Below, piece after piece: positions 49,787-59,538 of a DNA stretch of 64,000 bases. The notes under the pieces are model-generated. The model saw only the letters and a program-made list of their open reading frames with translations, searched no databases and was not told the DNA's origin. The stretch is from an uncultured Acidobacteriaceae bacterium (GTDB lineage Bacteria > Acidobacteriota > Terriglobia > Terriglobales > Acidobacteriaceae), in contig CAXTUS010000002.1 in NCBI GenBank assembly GCA_964247475.1, positions 945-64,944 on the forward strand, written 5' to 3'. Every line of letters starts with the position of its first letter. Position 1 is the first letter of the stretch. The position numbers and the translations under genes were made by a program.

Positions 49787-51088
49787 TTGTTCACTCCTGA
49801 CGAAACAAAGAGCGGACCTATGGGTGTCGCAAGAAACTTCCTTCGATGCGTGAAGTATGAATCGGCACTGTTAAGCCGTTTGACGATGCTGCTAGTCCTG
49901 TTTCCCGTGGTTTTGGCTTGTGCTGTCAGCGCGTCGTCCCAAAGCTCAAACCCGGACACGCCACGAAGTGAATTTGTCGGCGACGCGGCATGCACGGGCT
50001 GCCATCAGGCGATGGGCTCGAGCTATCTCCACACCGCCCATCACCTTACCTCAAGGCTCGCAGAGGCGAGGCAAGGAGCGGCAGCGGGCGAGAGCGCGTT
50101 CAAGTCATTCGTTCCGCCGTTGGTTGTAACCACCGTGAGCCCTCAACCAAACGAGCCTGGATTGTCGTTCAGAATTGATGAAAGAAAGGGACGCTTTTTT
50201 GAAAGTGCGATCTCTGGATTTGACCCTTGGCCGCACGTGAGGACCGAGCCCATCGATGTCATCACGGGTTCGGGCAAACGTGGACAGACGTATCTTTTCT
50301 GGCAGGGCGAGCGGCTCTTTGAACTGCCAGTCAGTTACTGGACCGAAGGCAGCCGCCTGGTGAACAGCCCCGGCTACCAGGATGGCACGGCTGACTTCTC
50401 GCGTCCTGTTCAGCCGGGTTGCTTGGAGTGTCATGCAACCTACATCCAGTCTCTTTCCAAGGACAAAGGGAGCAACAGCTACGTCCGAGACAGCCTGGTG
50501 GCGGGTATAGCGTGCGAGACCTGTCATGGTCCGGGGCTACAACATGGACGCCTGATGGCGGCAAAGACCCGGCTGGTGAAAGGCGCCGACTCTCAAATCC
50601 TCAATCCTGCGCGCTTCTCCAGAGATCGCCAGGTTGATCTGTGCGGTTTGTGCCATAGTGGGATCGATCGGGAGTCGCTGGCGCCCGCCTTCTCCTATGT
50701 CCCCGGACGTCGACTTGACGAGTTCTTCCGGATGCTCACGGTGCAACATGGCGAGCAGCCGGATGTGCATGGGAACCAGGTAGGTTTGCTCAAGCGAAGC
50801 CGATGCTTTACCGCTTCCGAGCAGATGAGCTGTTCCACGTGCCACGACACTCATACGCCAGGGCAGAGCCTGAAGACTTACTCTGACAAGTGCTTGACGT
50901 GTCATGCGTGGCAAAGCTGCGGCCGGTCGAAGGCGCTGGGCGCAGCCATCAGGAACGATTGCATCAGCTGTCACATGCCGGAACAGACAACGAACGCCAT
51001 TGTTTCGAGGACTGCTGGTGTCGAGACCAGGGCCAGGATGAGAACGCACTGGATCCGGATCTACCCCGATGGCCGCACCGTGAACTGA
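49787..51088 (+). CDS. Multiheme c-type cytochrome (7 CxxCH)
   Basis: CTGCH, CLECH, CETCH, CGLCH, CSTCH, CLTCH, CISCH; hydrophobic export signal; start uncertain. Confidence 0.88.
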   Translation: MFTPDETKSGPMGVARNFLRCVKYESALLSRLTMLLVLFPVVLACAVSASSQSSNPDTPRSEFVGDAACTGCHQAMGSSYLHTAHHLTSRLAEARQGAAAGESAFKSFVPPLVVTTVSPQPNEPGLSFRIDERKGRFFESAISGFDPWPHVRTEPIDVITGSGKRGQTYLFWQGERLFELPVSYWTEGSRLVNSPGYQDGTADFSRPVQPGCLECHATYIQSLSKDKGSNSYVRDSLVAGIACETCHGPGLQHGRLMAAKTRLVKGADSQILNPARFSRDRQVDLCGLCHSGIDRESLAPAFSYVPGRRLDEFFRMLTVQHGEQPDVHGNQVGLLKRSRCFTASEQMSCSTCHDTHTPGQSLKTYSDKCLTCHAWQSCGRSKALGAAIRNDCISCHMPEQTTNAIVSRTAGVETRARMRTHWIRIYPDGRTVN

Positions 51089-51131
51089 GTCTCTGACGGC
51101 TTTCCATGCAAGTCTTCAAGGAGGAAACAAG

Positions 51132-51530
51132 ATGTTGAGTCTGAATGGCACGAAGCGGTTCGCGATCCTGTTGACGCTGATTATGCAGCCTGCCTTGCTC
51201 GTCCCGAAGCCGTGCTGTGCGCAATCAACGAAGCCGCCTCTGCAGCCTTTGCAGCTTCCCGATCCGACGCCGCGCCAACAGGATCCGCATGGCGTGTTCC
51301 ATAACGACCCGGCATCAGGAACGCGTCAGCAGCAGGCAGAAAGCGCGGAAAGGTATCAAGTGCGTCAGCAGCTGATCGCCGATGCAGGGGAGATTTATCT
51401 GCTGGCCGAACGGCTGCAGAAGCGAATACTACAAGGGGCTGCCGGAGCGCCAGAGGAGCCCGGTGTCATGCTGGCGCAGAGGATTGAGAAGCTCGCGAAG
51501 CACGTGAAAGACCAGAGCAGAGGGCGTTAG
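51132..51530 (+). CDS. Small secreted helical hypothetical protein
   Basis: AGGAGG RBS, signal peptide, RQQLIADA...IEKLAKHVK. Confidence 0.75.
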   Translation: MLSLNGTKRFAILLTLIMQPALLVPKPCCAQSTKPPLQPLQLPDPTPRQQDPHGVFHNDPASGTRQQQAESAERYQVRQQLIADAGEIYLLAERLQKRILQGAAGAPEEPGVMLAQRIEKLAKHVKDQSRGR

Positions 51531-51548
51531 GTTCGAAGGGAGGACACA

Positions 51549-51884
51549 ATGCAACGGGTGGTGAAAGATAAGTTCCGGTCGGTCGTGTTGGCGCTGGCCT
51601 GGCTGCTCTCCGTAACTGCCGCGGCGGGCGCGCAGCAGGATCGTGGGCGGGAGGAAACAAGAGATGGGGCATCGACGCCTGGAGCAAAGTCGGTCACGCC
51701 GGCGGAGGCACGTCACGCACAGCTCGTAGCGGACGCTCAGAGACTCTTCCGCTTGTCCGGGGAGCTGAAGGCGGCGGCGCAAGGCAGCAAGGATGTTCTT
51801 CCGTTAGACCTGGTGAAGAAGGCCGCTGCCGTGGAGGCGCTGGCACACAGCTTGAAAGAGCGTCTGAAGACTGGCCCGGACTAG
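51549..51884 (+). CDS. Small secreted helical hypothetical protein, paralogue of the upstream gene
   Basis: GGAGG RBS, signal peptide, HAQLVADA...VEALAHSLK. Confidence 0.75.
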   Translation: MQRVVKDKFRSVVLALAWLLSVTAAAGAQQDRGREETRDGASTPGAKSVTPAEARHAQLVADAQRLFRLSGELKAAAQGSKDVLPLDLVKKAAAVEALAHSLKERLKTGPD

Positions 51885-51984
51885 TCAGCAGTGGCGTGGG
51901 CGATAGGACGCGTGTGGCCCTTTCAAGATCACCCCCGAAGCGCTCGGTTGTTGAGTTCTCCGAATGTCTTCGGAGACACCTGGC

Positions 51985-53154
51985 TTAAGGTCTTGACGGG
52001 CTCTGCTGCGGCAGCTTCTGCATCAAGGCGTCGCTTGCACTGTCTGCAGTCTTCGTGATGCGGCTCGCGATCTCGGACTGCTCGCGGGACCTTTCCCGAT
52101 CGCCGGTTGCACGATAGAGCTTTGCAAGCCGCAGGTGCGAGGCCACATCTTTCGGATCGAGGACGATGGCTTGCTGGAAGTGCTCGAGGGCGCGTGAAGG
52201 ATCATCCTGCGCCGCGTACAAGGCTCCGAGATCGCGCTGAACCATCGCCGACATGGGAGCGGCGGCGACGGCCTGGAGCAGTTCAGGCTCTGCCTGCTGC
52301 ATCGCACCCGTGGCGACCAGCGCGTCCGCAAGGTATATGCGCGCCTGCACGTGGCTTGGATCGTTCTTCAACTCCTCACGAAACTGCTCAATTGCTGAGC
52401 TGAACTGATTCTGCTTCCAGAGCAGGTATCCAAGCCCAAAGTGAACGTTCGGTACTGCAGGGTCGGCCTTTGCCGCGGCACGAAACTGCTCGATCGCCGA
52501 GACGCTTTCACCCTGCTCATCAAGCGCCTCGCCAGTGAGCATGTCGGCTTCGGCGGAGTTGGGATCGATCGAGAGGATTTCTCTTGCGGTATCGAGGACA
52601 CAGGGAAATTGCTTGCTCCAAAGGCAGCTGTGCGCAAGGGCGAGCCGCAGCGGCAGGTTGCCCGCTTCGCGCTGCGCGGCACGTTCAAGGTAGGGGATGG
52701 CAACAAGGTAATCCGCCATCCCGTAATGCGACATGCCAAGCAGGATGGTCAGCCGGTCCCTTGTCGCGGGGTTATCCTGATGCAGCCTCAACTCGGCCTG
52801 AAACGCCTCGATCGCGCCGGGGAACTGGCCGGCCTTGAAGCACGCGAGTCCGAGGTTCATGTTCAGCCCGGGGTATCGCCGATCAAGAGCAAGACCTTTG
52901 CGATAGAAGCCGATGGCGGCTTCAAAGTGCTGCTGGCGAGCCTCGAGCAGGCCAAGATGTGCGAGGGCCTCAGGGTCTCTTGCATTCTGCTCAGCAAGCT
53001 TTTGCCAGAGTTGTTGAGCCTCAGCAGGGTGGCCACTTTGCTCAAGCGCAAGAGCGTCAGTGCGGGTAGCCGCCTGGGCACCAAGGGGCGCGGGCATGGC
53101 GGTGGCGAGGCCTGCGATCAGGAGAGCGGTGCGGACTAAGGAGGGTTTCGTCAT
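51985..53154 (-). CDS. Exported tetratricopeptide-repeat protein
   Basis: Signal peptide; repeated TPR patterns (LGLACFKAG, LGMSHYGMA, LGYLLWK, LGALYA). Confidence 0.9.
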   Translation of the reverse strand: MTKPSLVRTALLIAGLATAMPAPLGAQAATRTDALALEQSGHPAEAQQLWQKLAEQNARDPEALAHLGLLEARQQHFEAAIGFYRKGLALDRRYPGLNMNLGLACFKAGQFPGAIEAFQAELRLHQDNPATRDRLTILLGMSHYGMADYLVAIPYLERAAQREAGNLPLRLALAHSCLWSKQFPCVLDTAREILSIDPNSAEADMLTGEALDEQGESVSAIEQFRAAAKADPAVPNVHFGLGYLLWKQNQFSSAIEQFREELKNDPSHVQARIYLADALVATGAMQQAEPELLQAVAAAPMSAMVQRDLGALYAAQDDPSRALEHFQQAIVLDPKDVASHLRLAKLYRATGDRERSREQSEIASRITKTADSASDALMQKLPQQSPSRP

Positions 53155-53229
53155 GGCCCTGTCTTGTAGATGTCCAGAGCAAGAAGAGGTGCGGCAGATT
53201 CGGTCCGCCGCACCCAAGGAGGCAGAGCA

Positions 53230-56200
53230 TTAGAAGCTTAGTTTAGCTCCCAATTCGATGACACGCGGGTCCCAGGTGCTGGTGACCTGGCCGAAGTTGC
53301 CGCTGCCCAGGCTGTTGCTGACCCCGTTGAACTGCGTGTGGTTGAAGGTGTTGAACGTTTCAGCGCGGAACTGGAAGTTGGCGTGCTCCGTGAACTGGAA
53401 CGTCTTGTAAAGGGATGTGGTGAAGTTGGCGCGGCCGGGTCCGACGATCGAATCGCGACCGGCATTGCCAAAGCCCTGGTTCGGTCCGCCCGCCCAGGAC
53501 GGCAGAGGAGCCGTGAACTGGGTGGTATCGAACCATTGCTTCTGCGTCTTGATGTAGTGGGTACGGCCGCTGAGATTTGGGCGGTTGGTGTAGCCGCCGC
53601 CCAGTCCGATCGGATCGTAATTGATGGAAAGTCCAGGACCCTGGTTCGCGATGATGGTTCCGGTCTCGAAGATGGTGGTTCCGGCAAGCTCCCATCCGCC
53701 CAGAGCGGTCCGCATCAGACCGTTTGACTTGGCGAAGATGGGTAGCTTGTAGATGTAGTTGGCGCTGAAGATATGACGGCGATCGAGCGCGCCCGACCCC
53801 TTGTCGTATTTCAGGTTATAGGGGTTGCTGATGCCATTCAGATCGTAGCTGGTGAGGTCGATTTCGTGCGACCAGGTATAGTCCAGCTCACCGCTGAGAC
53901 CCCAGCGGTTCTGCGCGCGCAGCCCGGTCTGGAAGCCGTTGTAGTTGCCATTGGTGGTGTTCTCCTGCTGGTTGATCCCGGTGTAGCCCTGGAAGCTGCG
54001 CAGGATGTTTGCGTTCGGGATGGAGGCGCCCCCGGGATTGGTGCCGGAGTGGTTGTTCGGGTCGCCCGCGTTAGCGCGTGAGTAGAGTGTGCCGATGAGC
54101 GGTGTATCGAGCGAGTAGTTATTGATCTGGCGCTGAATGTTCTGATGCCAGGCGAGATTGCCGACGTACTGGACAACCATGATGATGGACGGTGCAACCT
54201 CATGCTGGACGCCGAGGCTGAACTGCGCCACCCCGGGAGCGCGGTAGGTGCGAGCGAGCGAGGTGAGACCCTGGGCGAAGAACGGGTTCGCCGCGGTCTG
54301 GCCGTTAGTCCAACTGGTGTGCGGGTCTGACAGGTAGACGTTGGTCGCGGAAGGATCGTTGAAGTAAGGCTCGTTGGTGGCGGCGTTGTAGACGTCATTG
54401 CCCTGCAGGCGCTCGAAGAAGGAGCCAATGCCGCCGCGGATCACTGTCTTGCCGTTGCCCATGATGTCTTCAGAGAAGCCGACGCGTGGCTGGTAGGTCT
54501 TGTAGTCGTTGGTGACGAGTCCGACCGGATGCCCGTTCGACCCCGCGTTATAGATACCATTCAGATAGAAGGGCTGAGTGGCGCCGGCAGGAGTCTGGAA
54601 GCCGGGACCGGTAGGATCAAGCGAGCCGTCTGAGTTGAAGATGGGCGCCTGGCTGGCGAGGTAGAGGTTCGGATCGAAGTTCGAAAGATAGTTGTTGCGT
54701 TCCCACGCGTGGGGCAGCGCGTCGTAGCGGAGTCCAAGCTGCAGGCTGAGACGCGGCGTCACCTTCCAGTTATCCATGACGTAAGCTGAGACAGTCTGGT
54801 TCACATAGTGACGGATCGGCAGCCCCTGTGCCTGGTCGTAGTTGCTGGCCAGACCGAGCACCATATCCATCATGGAATCGCCGGACTTCGTGCCGAAGCT
54901 GAAGTTACCGCCCGGGTCACCGAAGAGCTGCTGGTTCTTGGTGTAGCGGTTATATCCGAGGCCGAACTTCATGGCGTGCTTACCCAGGGTGTAGGAGACG
55001 TCGAGCTTCGGATCGTAGTCCTGCGCGGCGTTGTGCCAGGGAGCTGAACCTGGGTTCTCGTTGGTGTTGTAAGGTGCACCCCAGGAGACGTTCGGCAGGT
55101 TCTTCGAGCCGTTGACGAAGTACTTGTTGATGGCGAAGGCGGAGGGTGCAAGCGAGTTGTCGCTGTTGGTGATGTTGATGACGTTGCCGTCGTAGTTCAT
55201 GCCAACTTCAACCAGCAGGTTTGGCGTGATGGCGCCAGTCAGGCGCACGGTTGCGCTGTTGGCAGGGTTCGCGAGTGTGCTTGTCACCGTGTTGTAGCTT
55301 GCGCCGGACCAGCCCAGCATCGGCGACGCGTAAGCCTGGCTCACAGTGTCGTGCAGATAGTGGCCGAGCACCTGCCACTTATCGTTGAAACGGTGATCGA
55401 TGCGTAGAACGTCATCGCGCACCGAGATGGGCTGATTAGCCGAGGAGACCCGGAAGCCGTTGTCAAGATTGGGAAGCGGCACCAAGCCGGTCCCAAAGTA
55501 GGCGATTGCATTGGGATCGATCAGCGCCGCTGGGATGGTGTCATTCGGGAACGGGCTGCCGGGAGTCAATCCCAGCGCGGCGAGCTTTGCATTGTAGGCA
55601 GGATCGGCGACTGTGGGTACGACGAGCTTCGTGGTGGGTGCGAAGGCTGGTGCGACGTACGCGAGCGCCTGGCCGGCAATGGGGAAATCCTGCGCGGGCA
55701 GGGTTGCGGCCTGCGAAGGGCTGCTGCCCTGGACCAGCTTCCGCCACTCCTCGTTCCAGAAGAAGAAAGTCTTGTTCCGGTTCGTGTTGTATACCTTTGG
55801 GATGAAGAGCGGACCTCCGATGTTGAAGCCGTAGATGTTGTAGTTCAGCTTGGTGCGCTTGGTGATCGGGTTGGTCTGCTTGTTGAAGTAGTTGTTGGCG
55901 TCGTATGCGGCATTCCGGTTGAACTCGAAGAGTTGACCATGGAAGTGCTGAGTGCCGCTCTTGAGTGCAAGGCTGATGGTTGCGCCTGACGAGATGCCGT
56001 AGTCCGGAGGGTAGTTGCTGGCGAGCGTTTCGAATTGTGCGATCGCATCCTGCGAAGGCATGATGTTCATGCCGCCGGCGCCGCCCCGGTCGTCTGCTTC
56101 GCCGCCATCAATGAGCCAGATGTTGTGGCTCTGACGCAGGCCGTTCACGCTGATGGTGAAGCTCGCCGCGACGGAAGTGGGCGTGTTGTTGTCCGGAAGC

Positions 56201-56706
56201 GCGGAGCTGACACCGAGGCCGAGCGCTGCCAGCGAGGCGAAGTTGCGGTTCTCAGTTGCGATGCCGGCGATCTGATCCGCGTTGATCAGCGTGCTGAGTA
56301 CATTCGAATCAGTCTGCACCGCAAGCGCATTCGCGGCGACCGTGACGGTCTCGTTGACGGTACCTACGGTGAGCGCGGCATCAGCCCGAAGCGTCTGCGA
56401 GATGTTGACTACCAAACCACGCTTGACCGTCGTGCCGAAGCCCTTGGAGGTGACCGTCATATCGTAGGTGCCGACATTCAGGCCCGGGAAACTGAAGAGA
56501 CCGGAGTCGTTGCTGACCGTCTCGTTGGTGAAACCGGTGCCGGTCTCCTTGATGGTGATCTGGGCGCCAGGGATGGAGGCGCCGGCCTGGTCAGTGACCG
56601 TGCCGGTGATGACCGAGTTCTGCTGCGCCTCACCGAAAGCAGAGGCGAAGAGCAGAAACACAATGGTCAGAAAGAATTTACAGCTTACGTTCGCATTTCC
56701 CTTCAT
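53230..56706 (-). CDS. TonB-dependent receptor (carboxypeptidase-regulatory N-domain)
   Basis: GTVTDQAGASIPGA, KSGTQHFHG, GLRYD, C-terminal PRVIELGAKLSF. Confidence 0.94.
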   Translation of the reverse strand: MKGNANVSCKFFLTIVFLLFASAFGEAQQNSVITGTVTDQAGASIPGAQITIKETGTGFTNETVSNDSGLFSFPGLNVGTYDMTVTSKGFGTTVKRGLVVNISQTLRADAALTVGTVNETVTVAANALAVQTDSNVLSTLINADQIAGIATENRNFASLAALGLGVSSALPDNNTPTSVAASFTISVNGLRQSHNIWLIDGGEADDRGGAGGMNIMPSQDAIAQFETLASNYPPDYGISSGATISLALKSGTQHFHGQLFEFNRNAAYDANNYFNKQTNPITKRTKLNYNIYGFNIGGPLFIPKVYNTNRNKTFFFWNEEWRKLVQGSSPSQAATLPAQDFPIAGQALAYVAPAFAPTTKLVVPTVADPAYNAKLAALGLTPGSPFPNDTIPAALIDPNAIAYFGTGLVPLPNLDNGFRVSSANQPISVRDDVLRIDHRFNDKWQVLGHYLHDTVSQAYASPMLGWSGASYNTVTSTLANPANSATVRLTGAITPNLLVEVGMNYDGNVINITNSDNSLAPSAFAINKYFVNGSKNLPNVSWGAPYNTNENPGSAPWHNAAQDYDPKLDVSYTLGKHAMKFGLGYNRYTKNQQLFGDPGGNFSFGTKSGDSMMDMVLGLASNYDQAQGLPIRHYVNQTVSAYVMDNWKVTPRLSLQLGLRYDALPHAWERNNYLSNFDPNLYLASQAPIFNSDGSLDPTGPGFQTPAGATQPFYLNGIYNAGSNGHPVGLVTNDYKTYQPRVGFSEDIMGNGKTVIRGGIGSFFERLQGNDVYNAATNEPYFNDPSATNVYLSDPHTSWTNGQTAANPFFAQGLTSLARTYRAPGVAQFSLGVQHEVAPSIIMVVQYVGNLAWHQNIQRQINNYSLDTPLIGTLYSRANAGDPNNHSGTNPGGASIPNANILRSFQGYTGINQQENTTNGNYNGFQTGLRAQNRWGLSGELDYTWSHEIDLTSYDLNGISNPYNLKYDKGSGALDRRHIFSANYIYKLPIFAKSNGLMRTALGGWELAGTTIFETGTIIANQGPGLSINYDPIGLGGGYTNRPNLSGRTHYIKTQKQWFDTTQFTAPLPSWAGGPNQGFGNAGRDSIVGPGRANFTTSLYKTFQFTEHANFQFRAETFNTFNHTQFNGVSNSLGSGNFGQVTSTWDPRVIELGAKLSF

Positions 56707-57191
56707 TGAAGGACTCCCTCTAGTGGTTCAGTTGCTGCGGGTAAGTAACATGGCAGGATCTCGCGATGTTGGCAGGGCTGCGAGTTCCTTGTACGTTGGC
56801 TGACGATCTGTTTTCGGGACCGGCCCCCATGGTTCCGGCTGCTGTGAAGGGAGGGAACACTTGCGCCTGGTGCGGGCGTGATGACGTATCTCCTGCCGGC
56901 ATTGGCCTGGTGTCGCGTTGTCTGAACCTCCCTGTCCCCCCTTTTGTTCGTAAATCGATTAAGCAAGTGCACCTGTCATGGGTCGGCAAGCTGATGGGAT
57001 TACTGCCGTTGTGCAGGCCCGGCGATCGGGACGGCCGCGGCGGCATATTGTACTTTTCGGAGCACACCGATACTGCAGCTTCGGAGATGGCTCGGGCCAT
57101 CGGAGATCGGCTGATACTTAGGTAGGAAGGGTGCTTCGTGGTACGTAGGAGGAGTCCTACAGCCCATCGACCTTCGTTCTGTCCGGTTTGC

Positions 57192-57827
57192 CTACAACTC
57201 GAGGTGGTGGTCGACGGTGTATCGAATGAGTTCAAGGCTGGTCTTCAAGCCAAGTTTCTCGAGGATCCGGCTCCGGTAGGTGCTCACCGTTTTGACGCTG
57301 AGCGAGAGCAGGTCTGCGATCAGCGTCGTGCTTTTTCCCGCAGCGATCAGGCGCATGACCTGGAACTCGCGGTCAGACAGGAGTTCGTGCGAAGCTGCAC
57401 TTCCCAGGTGCTGGCGTCCAAGGTCGTCGGCCAGTCTCTCTGCAAGGGCCGGGCTGACGTACTTGCCGCCGTGCAGAACCTTGTGGACGGCAGCTACAAG
57501 CTGAGCTGAATCGGAGTCCTTTGCCACGTATCCGGAAGCACCTCCCTTTAGGGCGCGGATGGCAAACTGCTCTTCGGGATGCATGCTGAAGATGATGACG
57601 GGCATCTGGGGATGCTCAACTTTTACTTGCCTCAGCAGGTCGAGTCCGCCTCTTCCTGGCAGGTCGATGTCAAGGATCATCAGATCCCATCTGCCGAAGT
57701 TCAGAGCGGTAAGAGCCTCCTGAGAGTTCCGGGCAGGCAAGACCGTGGGACGCTCGAACTCGTCATGGAAGATGCGCGTCAACCCCAGGTAAATCACGGC
57801 GTGATCATCGACGATCAGGATTTTCAT
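57192..57827 (-). CDS. NarL/FixJ family response regulator (REC + LuxR HTH)
   Basis: ILIVDDH, LDIDLPG, LSDREFQV, LSVKTVSTYRSRILEKL. Confidence 0.95.
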   Translation of the reverse strand: MKILIVDDHAVIYLGLTRIFHDEFERPTVLPARNSQEALTALNFGRWDLMILDIDLPGRGGLDLLRQVKVEHPQMPVIIFSMHPEEQFAIRALKGGASGYVAKDSDSAQLVAAVHKVLHGGKYVSPALAERLADDLGRQHLGSAASHELLSDREFQVMRLIAAGKSTTLIADLLSLSVKTVSTYRSRILEKLGLKTSLELIRYTVDHHLEL

Positions 57828-57836
57828 CTCGTGCTC

Positions 57837-59372
57837 TCAGGCGGCCGGCGTTTGATCCTGGCCAACCGCAGGTCCAGGCTGCACACGAAGCGTAACGCAT
57901 GTGCCATGACCTGGCGAGCTTTCAAGTTCAAGACCGGTGCCGAGCAGGAGTGCGCGCTCCCGCATGCCGAGGATGCCGAGTGAGTGCGAGCACTCGAGCT
58001 GCGCAAGATCGAAGCCGACGCCGTCATCCTTGATGCTGAGCGTTGTGCCGCGCGGGTCGTGGAACAAACGCACGCAGACCCTCTTCGCCTGAGAGTGGCG
58101 CGCGATGTTAGTGAGGGCTTCCTGAAAGATGCGGAAGAGGGCTGTCTTCTGGCTGACGAGCAGATCGGGATTCCGAGTGGGCAGGGTGATGCTGGCCTCG
58201 ATCCCGGTTCGCCGTTCAAACTCCTGCGTGTGCCATTCGATGGCTGCCGGCAGGCCGAAGGCGTCGAGCATCGGCGGCCGCAGGTCGGTCGCGATCCTGC
58301 GTACCAGCTCAATGGTCGATTCAACCACCTTCATCGACTCCCGCACCTGGGGAACCCAGGGATCATCCGCGCGGCCATATTTGCGCACGATCCAGTCAAG
58401 ATCCATTTTCATACCGGTAAGAGCCTGGCCAAGCTGGTCGTGCAGTTCGCGCGAGATGCGGATGCGCTCTTCTTCGGTCGCGGTGTGAAGCCGGGCGGTC
58501 AGTGCCCGAAGCTGATCTTCCGACCAGCGTAGCCGCGCTTCGACGCGCTTGCGATGGGTGATATCCATCACCGTGCCGAAGACGCGCCCGGGTTGTTCAA
58601 GCTTTTCGGGCATGCTGCGTCCGCGCACCCAGATCCAGCGGATCTCGCCGTCAAGACGCTCGATCTCGGTCTCAAACTCGAGCCTGCCGGTGACGAGCGA
58701 ATCTCTTACCTGACGATCGATGTCTGGCCTGAGATGGGGCAGGACGTGGCCGAGGAAGAGAGTGTACGGCCATTCTGTACGTAGTGAAACGTATCCAAAG
58801 ATCTCCGCGTGGCGCTTCGAACACGAGACGATGAGGCTCCTAAGATCGAGCTCCCATTCGCCGAGCCTTGCGACTTCGATAGCCAGATCTAGGTGAGCGT
58901 TGCTCTTGCGCAGGTCGGTTTCGACCCGCTTCATCTCACTGATGTCGGTGCTGGTGCCTACCCATCGGATCAGCCTGCCCTGCTGGTCACGCACCGGGAC
59001 GACGCGCGTAAGGAAGGGCCGATAGGCGCCGCAAACGTCGCGCAGAGGAAAGACCATGTCAAAGGGCTCTTCGCTTTGGATGGAAGAGCTCCACTGCGCG
59101 AGGACCTCCGGCAGCACGGCTTGATCGTGGAACGTGCGCCAACCCCAGCCGAGCAACTGGTCGGGGGTGCCGCCGGTGTAGGTATACCAGCCCTGATTCA
59201 TCCACAGGATCGAGCCGCCCGGTGCTGCGATGCAGCAAAGCTGAGGAATGGCATTGGCGAGCGCCTCAAACTCGTTGTCACGCCAGGCAGATGGCGCTTC
59301 GCAGGCCTCCTCCCCTAAGGGCTGGTGGTCGGGGTGCATCGCGGCTTTAGGTTCGAGCTGGATCTCGATCAA
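57837..59372 (-). CDS. PAS/PAC sensor histidine kinase (HisKA_3)
   Basis: Two PAS/PAC segments, EERIRISRELHDQLGQ, IFQEALTNIARH, DDGVGF, GILGMRER. Confidence 0.93.
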   Translation of the reverse strand: MIEIQLEPKAAMHPDHQPLGEEACEAPSAWRDNEFEALANAIPQLCCIAAPGGSILWMNQGWYTYTGGTPDQLLGWGWRTFHDQAVLPEVLAQWSSSIQSEEPFDMVFPLRDVCGAYRPFLTRVVPVRDQQGRLIRWVGTSTDISEMKRVETDLRKSNAHLDLAIEVARLGEWELDLRSLIVSCSKRHAEIFGYVSLRTEWPYTLFLGHVLPHLRPDIDRQVRDSLVTGRLEFETEIERLDGEIRWIWVRGRSMPEKLEQPGRVFGTVMDITHRKRVEARLRWSEDQLRALTARLHTATEEERIRISRELHDQLGQALTGMKMDLDWIVRKYGRADDPWVPQVRESMKVVESTIELVRRIATDLRPPMLDAFGLPAAIEWHTQEFERRTGIEASITLPTRNPDLLVSQKTALFRIFQEALTNIARHSQAKRVCVRLFHDPRGTTLSIKDDGVGFDLAQLECSHSLGILGMRERALLLGTGLELESSPGHGTCVTLRVQPGPAVGQDQTPAA

Positions 59373-59538
59373 GGCAAGTCGCTCCGAACTCGAGGCGGGC
59401 TCGAGTCTCTTGGAACAACCACTATGGCCGCTCGATGCAAAGTTGTCGAGAGCAATGTTGTTGAAAGCAGAAGAATTGCGCGGATCCGGACCGTTCTGAA
59501 CCTGCTCGATCGGTGCTGGTGAGAGACGTGCGCGGAGA

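Noticed and set aside
56720-57235. 171-aa minus-strand ORF upstream of the TonB receptor
   Set aside because: It overlaps the response regulator out of frame and has no motif or RBS; probably a long regulatory region.
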